DNA from: Anaerolineae bacterium | GTDB taxonomy: Bacteria > Chloroflexota > Anaerolineae > Epilineales > Epilineaceae | Length of the DNA stretch: 55,340 bases | Assembly (NCBI GenBank): GCA_029262755.1 | Contig: JAJCYU010000060.1 | Coordinates: 1 to 55,340, forward strand | Direction: 5' to 3' | Shown here: positions 52,370 through 55,340 of the stretch, piece by piece | Numbering within the stretch: the stretch's first letter is position 1 | How the letters are laid out: each line of letters begins with the position of its first letter | Translations under genes and position numbers: made by a program | The notes under the pieces: model-generated | The model's input: the letters and a program-made list of their open reading frames with translations, nothing else | The model's database searches: none | What the model was told of the DNA's origin: nothing

Positions 52370-55340
52370 ATGGCCCTCACCCGCGACGAGATTCAGGCCC
52401 GCATCGAAGCCAGCGATGGTCCCGTTGACCTTTCCGGCCTCGATTTGCGCGGCGCAGACCTCAGCCGACTCGACCTCCGTGGCGCGAAGCTCGCCCGCGC
52501 AGATCTGAGCTCGGCGGACCTTCGCTGGACGGTACTCGAAGGCGCCGACCTCCAAGCCTGTGTGCTTCGCCGCGCGGACGCCCGCTGGGCCATCCTGCGC
52601 AGCGCGAGCTTGCGCCAGGCAGACCTTACGCGGGCCAATCTGGGCTGGGCCGATCTGGCAGGCGCGGACCTAACCTCCGCCGAATTGGACGGCACGACGC
52701 TCGACAACGTCGATCTGTCCGAGGTCCTGGTAGACCGTCCGAAGCGTGCGCCCGCACGACGTGCGCCGGCGGCAAGCGGCGGCTGGAGCGGCATCGGCGC
52801 GCTTGGCGGCAGCTTCGGCGCGTTGCGCGCGCGGCTGCCGGGCGGTGCTTCGCTGCCCACGGCATCGCCCGCCACCTTGGCCGCCGCGGCAATCACTCTG
52901 TTGGCGTTGACCCAGCTCTGGGGCTGGCTCTACCGACGCGCCTACTTCCTGCGCGCATTCGAGTTGCGCGAAGCGGGCGTCGTAGGTCTGGCGGACGGAG
53001 CGAATCTCGCCGCAGGAATGCTGCACGTGATTGGAATGACGGTGCTGCTGGTGCTCCTCAGCCCTGTGATCGTGCTTGCGTTGGCACTCGTTCTCGGCGC
53101 GATCCTCGTGGTACCGCTGGCGTTTTATTGGCTCGCCCAACGATTGCTGCGCGACGTGGTGCGCAGCCCCGGTCGACCGCTGCTGATCGGCGGGCTGTTC
53201 GTATCGTTCTTTGTCGTGTTCTATCTGCTCATCCCGGAAGCCGTGGCCGCCGCGGGTCGCTTCCGCGGGGCCCTGCCGGTCGGTGGAAGGCTGAGCGCCG
53301 TCACCGAACTCTGGGCTATCGGCGGCTGGATCCGTCGCATCGGGCTTCTCGCGGTGCTCTTCGGCGCAGCCTACCCCATGTGGCTCCTGCTGCGCACCGG
53401 CGTCTCGCGCCTTCGTGCCTGGAACGTTCCCGCCGCGTGGCGTTTGCGCTACCCGGTGCTGAACGCCGCGGTGGTCAACCTGCGCGCACGCAGCATCATG
53501 CAAGCCCTACACGCCGTCGAGCCGGACGAGCGCGGACGTGGCATCGTGGTCACGGCCGGCCTCATCGCCTTGCTCGCGACGCTCATCGCCGGCATCGGCG
53601 AGGTGCACGCCTACCGCGATATGTGCGATGGCGGCGATCTGCCCCGCGTGCAGGCCTACCGCGCCATGCCGGACGGCGAGACGATCCGCCCGATGATCAA
53701 CCCGCGCGTCTACTGCACGCGCCTCGTGGCGGAGACCGAGGACGCATACTACGTCTTCTTCCCCTGCCAGACTGAGTCGCTGCCCGACGGCATCCGCCGC
53801 GAGTCTTCCGTCGTCGCGCTCGACGTGGAAGACGTCGGTTTGCTGGACCGGACGATCAGCGAACACGAATGCCCGACCTGCGTGGACGGCTGCCTCGGCA
53901 CCGAGCGCGATCTCGTCGACCCGAGCGAAGAGCGCGTCTACGGCCCGCTCGCGACCGACGCCATCGATTCCACGACCGGCCTCATCGCGGTCGATAGCAA
54001 CGATTCGACATTTGACGGCGTTGCCAACGTCGTCGATGCAAGCGAGGCGCAGTTGGTCTTCGAAGGCGCGTCGCTGGCACTCGATGACGGCGAGACCTTG
54101 CTCCAGCGTGCTGCGGCCGATGGCCGAACGCTCTACATCGAGGCCTTCGGCCGCCTCGAAGGCGAGGTCGGCGCGGGCTTCTTGGACGCGACTCGCGGAC
54201 GCATCTTCGATCCGACGCGCGAGCGCCCCGAAGACATCGAGGTGCCCGGCGGCGACGGGCCCTCCGTTCCGCGCGGCGGCGTCTTCACCGTCGATCTCTC
54301 GGATCCGCGCAATCCGGTTTTCGAGGGCTCGGGCTGGCGGCAGAGCCAGGCACTGGAGATCGCCGTCGTGGAGTTCCCACAAGGCGGCGACCCGCTTGCA
54401 CCGGAGAACCAAAGCTGGTCGATTCACAAATTCAACGTGCCCGGCGCGGATGGGAGCTTCTCCGTTCCGCTGAGCTTCAACCCCCAATGGCCCGTGGGCG
54501 TGCGCCGGGTCGACCCGGAAACCCAGCAGGTGATGCTGAGCTATGTCGTCGCGCGCGACACGACGACCGGTGAGGCGACGGCCTTCGAGAGTTGGCTCGC
54601 CGATCCACCGCCAACGTTCACGCCGACGCCTTCGCCGATCCCCACGATCGTACGCGAGGATACGCCGGCGCCCACCGAAGATCCGGACGCGGAGCCGACC
54701 GCCACGCCGACGCCGGTGCCGACGTTCACGCCGAATACTCCGCCAACGAACACGCCTTTCCCCGGCTTGTCCGGAGGCCCTTCGCCCGGCATCTCGCCCA
54801 CGTGCACCGATCCCGACGAGTTCGAGTTCGACGACGGGCGCGGCTTCCAGAAGGAGATTCGGGTCGGGCTGGGCGCTGGCAACGCGCCCGTGCAGAGCCG
54901 CAACTTCTGTAGCCCCTTCGATCTGGATCTGGCCTACTTCCCGGTCAAGAGCGGCCGCTGGTACCGGGTGTTCACCCAGAATCTCGGGCCGGGCGTCGAC
55001 ACCGTCATGGCGGTGGGCGATCTCGCGACCGACACCGATTGCAGGCCCTTCCATCCCACCTTCGGCTGCTGGAGCGACGACAAGGGCACGTTGACCTTCG
55101 AGAGCGAGATCATCTTCCAGGCGCGTGCCGACCAGACCGCGATCATCACGGTCGACAATCGCGGCTCGGGCTTCGGCGCGGAGGCAGGCTACGAGCTCGG
55201 CGTCGAGATGTTCGAACCCGACTCCACCGTGACCCCCACCCTCGAGCCGACGCGCACCGCGACGGCGACGAAGACCCCGTCCGCTTCGCCCACGGCCGAG
55301 AAGGACAGCTACGAGATCGACGGGGACATCTGTAACCCCA
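52370..55340 (+). CDS. Pentapeptide-repeat / polytopic membrane / extracellular Cys-rich + PPC-like domain protein (partial; continues beyond window end)
   Basis: Absent from the ORF track because it has no stop in the window. My translation from ATG 52370 is open to 55339 (990 codons), and no other track ORF uses this frame after gpmI. The N-terminus has ~20 pentapeptide repeats (DLSGLDLRGADLSRLDLRGAKLARADLSSADLRWTVLEGADLQACVLRRADARWAILRSASLRQADLTRANLGWADLAGADLTSAEL). About 6 hydrophobic helices lie at 52880-53620. A Cys-containing ectodomain and PT linkers follow. A pre-peptidase-C-terminal-like module is present (DEFEFDDG...DLDLAYFPVKSGRWYRVFT...VDTVMAV...ITVDNRGSGFGAEAGYELGVE), and the start of a second copy (DSYEIDGDICNP). 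A TATAAT box lies at 52334-52339. Confidence 0.8.
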   Translation, partial: MALTRDEIQARIEASDGPVDLSGLDLRGADLSRLDLRGAKLARADLSSADLRWTVLEGADLQACVLRRADARWAILRSASLRQADLTRANLGWADLAGADLTSAELDGTTLDNVDLSEVLVDRPKRAPARRAPAASGGWSGIGALGGSFGALRARLPGGASLPTASPATLAAAAITLLALTQLWGWLYRRAYFLRAFELREAGVVGLADGANLAAGMLHVIGMTVLLVLLSPVIVLALALVLGAILVVPLAFYWLAQRLLRDVVRSPGRPLLIGGLFVSFFVVFYLLIPEAVAAAGRFRGALPVGGRLSAVTELWAIGGWIRRIGLLAVLFGAAYPMWLLLRTGVSRLRAWNVPAAWRLRYPVLNAAVVNLRARSIMQALHAVEPDERGRGIVVTAGLIALLATLIAGIGEVHAYRDMCDGGDLPRVQAYRAMPDGETIRPMINPRVYCTRLVAETEDAYYVFFPCQTESLPDGIRRESSVVALDVEDVGLLDRTISEHECPTCVDGCLGTERDLVDPSEERVYGPLATDAIDSTTGLIAVDSNDSTFDGVANVVDASEAQLVFEGASLALDDGETLLQRAAADGRTLYIEAFGRLEGEVGAGFLDATRGRIFDPTRERPEDIEVPGGDGPSVPRGGVFTVDLSDPRNPVFEGSGWRQSQALEIAVVEFPQGGDPLAPENQSWSIHKFNVPGADGSFSVPLSFNPQWPVGVRRVDPETQQVMLSYVVARDTTTGEATAFESWLADPPPTFTPTPSPIPTIVREDTPAPTEDPDAEPTATPTPVPTFTPNTPPTNTPFPGLSGGPSPGISPTCTDPDEFEFDDGRGFQKEIRVGLGAGNAPVQSRNFCSPFDLDLAYFPVKSGRWYRVFTQNLGPGVDTVMAVGDLATDTDCRPFHPTFGCWSDDKGTLTFESEIIFQARADQTAIITVDNRGSGFGAEAGYELGVEMFEPDSTVTPTLEPTRTATATKTPSASPTAEKDSYEIDGDICNP

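Noticed and set aside
52670-55054. Minus-strand ORFs 52670..53503 (277 aa) and 53507..55054 (515 aa) in the track.
   Set aside because: They are antisense to the 990-codon open plus-strand frame, which has pentapeptide repeats, TM helices and PPC-like motifs. Their own translations are Arg/Gly/Asp-rich with no motifs.

Overview
This is a very G+C-rich bacterial chromosomal segment. Third codon positions are almost uniformly G/C, GGAGG-type ribosome-binding sites are strong, and Pro/Thr linkers are abundant. The lineage cannot be fixed without a database search; my unverified guess is a high-GC Terrabacteria group such as Chloroflexota/Thermomicrobia. I call 37 protein-coding genes and 2 tRNAs. 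I saw no rRNA, CRISPR array, transposase, integrase or prophage genes.
Layout:
(1) 1-16.1 kb holds five very large secreted, adhesin-like multidomain proteins (SBBP propeller, beta-helix, Big_1, DUF11, cohesin-like, NHL, VWA).
(2) 16.2-26.5 kb is an accessory-looking block: a CPBP/Abi intramembrane protease, a bitopic DUF11-like membrane protein, a GNAT, a 2-TM coiled-coil protein and a heterodimeric ABC exporter. It also holds a 1125-aa adenylate-cyclase/NACHT/HEAT/FGE-sulfatase STAND protein, which is my top candidate for something new.
(3) 26.6-30.1 kb is housekeeping: a Cys-less DksA/TraR-like protein, lspA, rluD, tatA, tRNA-Lys and a SAM methyltransferase.
(4) 30.2-40.2 kb holds two more tandem-VWA secreted paralogs, a YVTN beta-propeller protein, a J-protein + HDAC-family deacetylase operon, and a GAF-PAS histidine kinase with an OmpR-type regulator.
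(5) 40.5-52.3 kb holds hsp20, modABC, an AAG-family glycosylase, a lipoprotein, tRNA-Leu-tig-clpP-clpX, an amidase and gpmI.
(6) From 52.4 kb to the end is a large pentapeptide-repeat / polytopic-membrane / PPC-domain protein that runs off the window.
Caveats: the supplied ORF track takes the longest ATG/GTG/TTG ORF, so many N-termini are over-extended. I reset starts where a Shine-Dalgarno and a more sensible N-terminus exist. The track omits the two edge-truncated genes (1..2865 minus; 52370..55340 plus). It also contains many long antisense or off-frame shadow ORFs typical of high-GC DNA. All domain calls come from motif recognition by eye, not from database searches.
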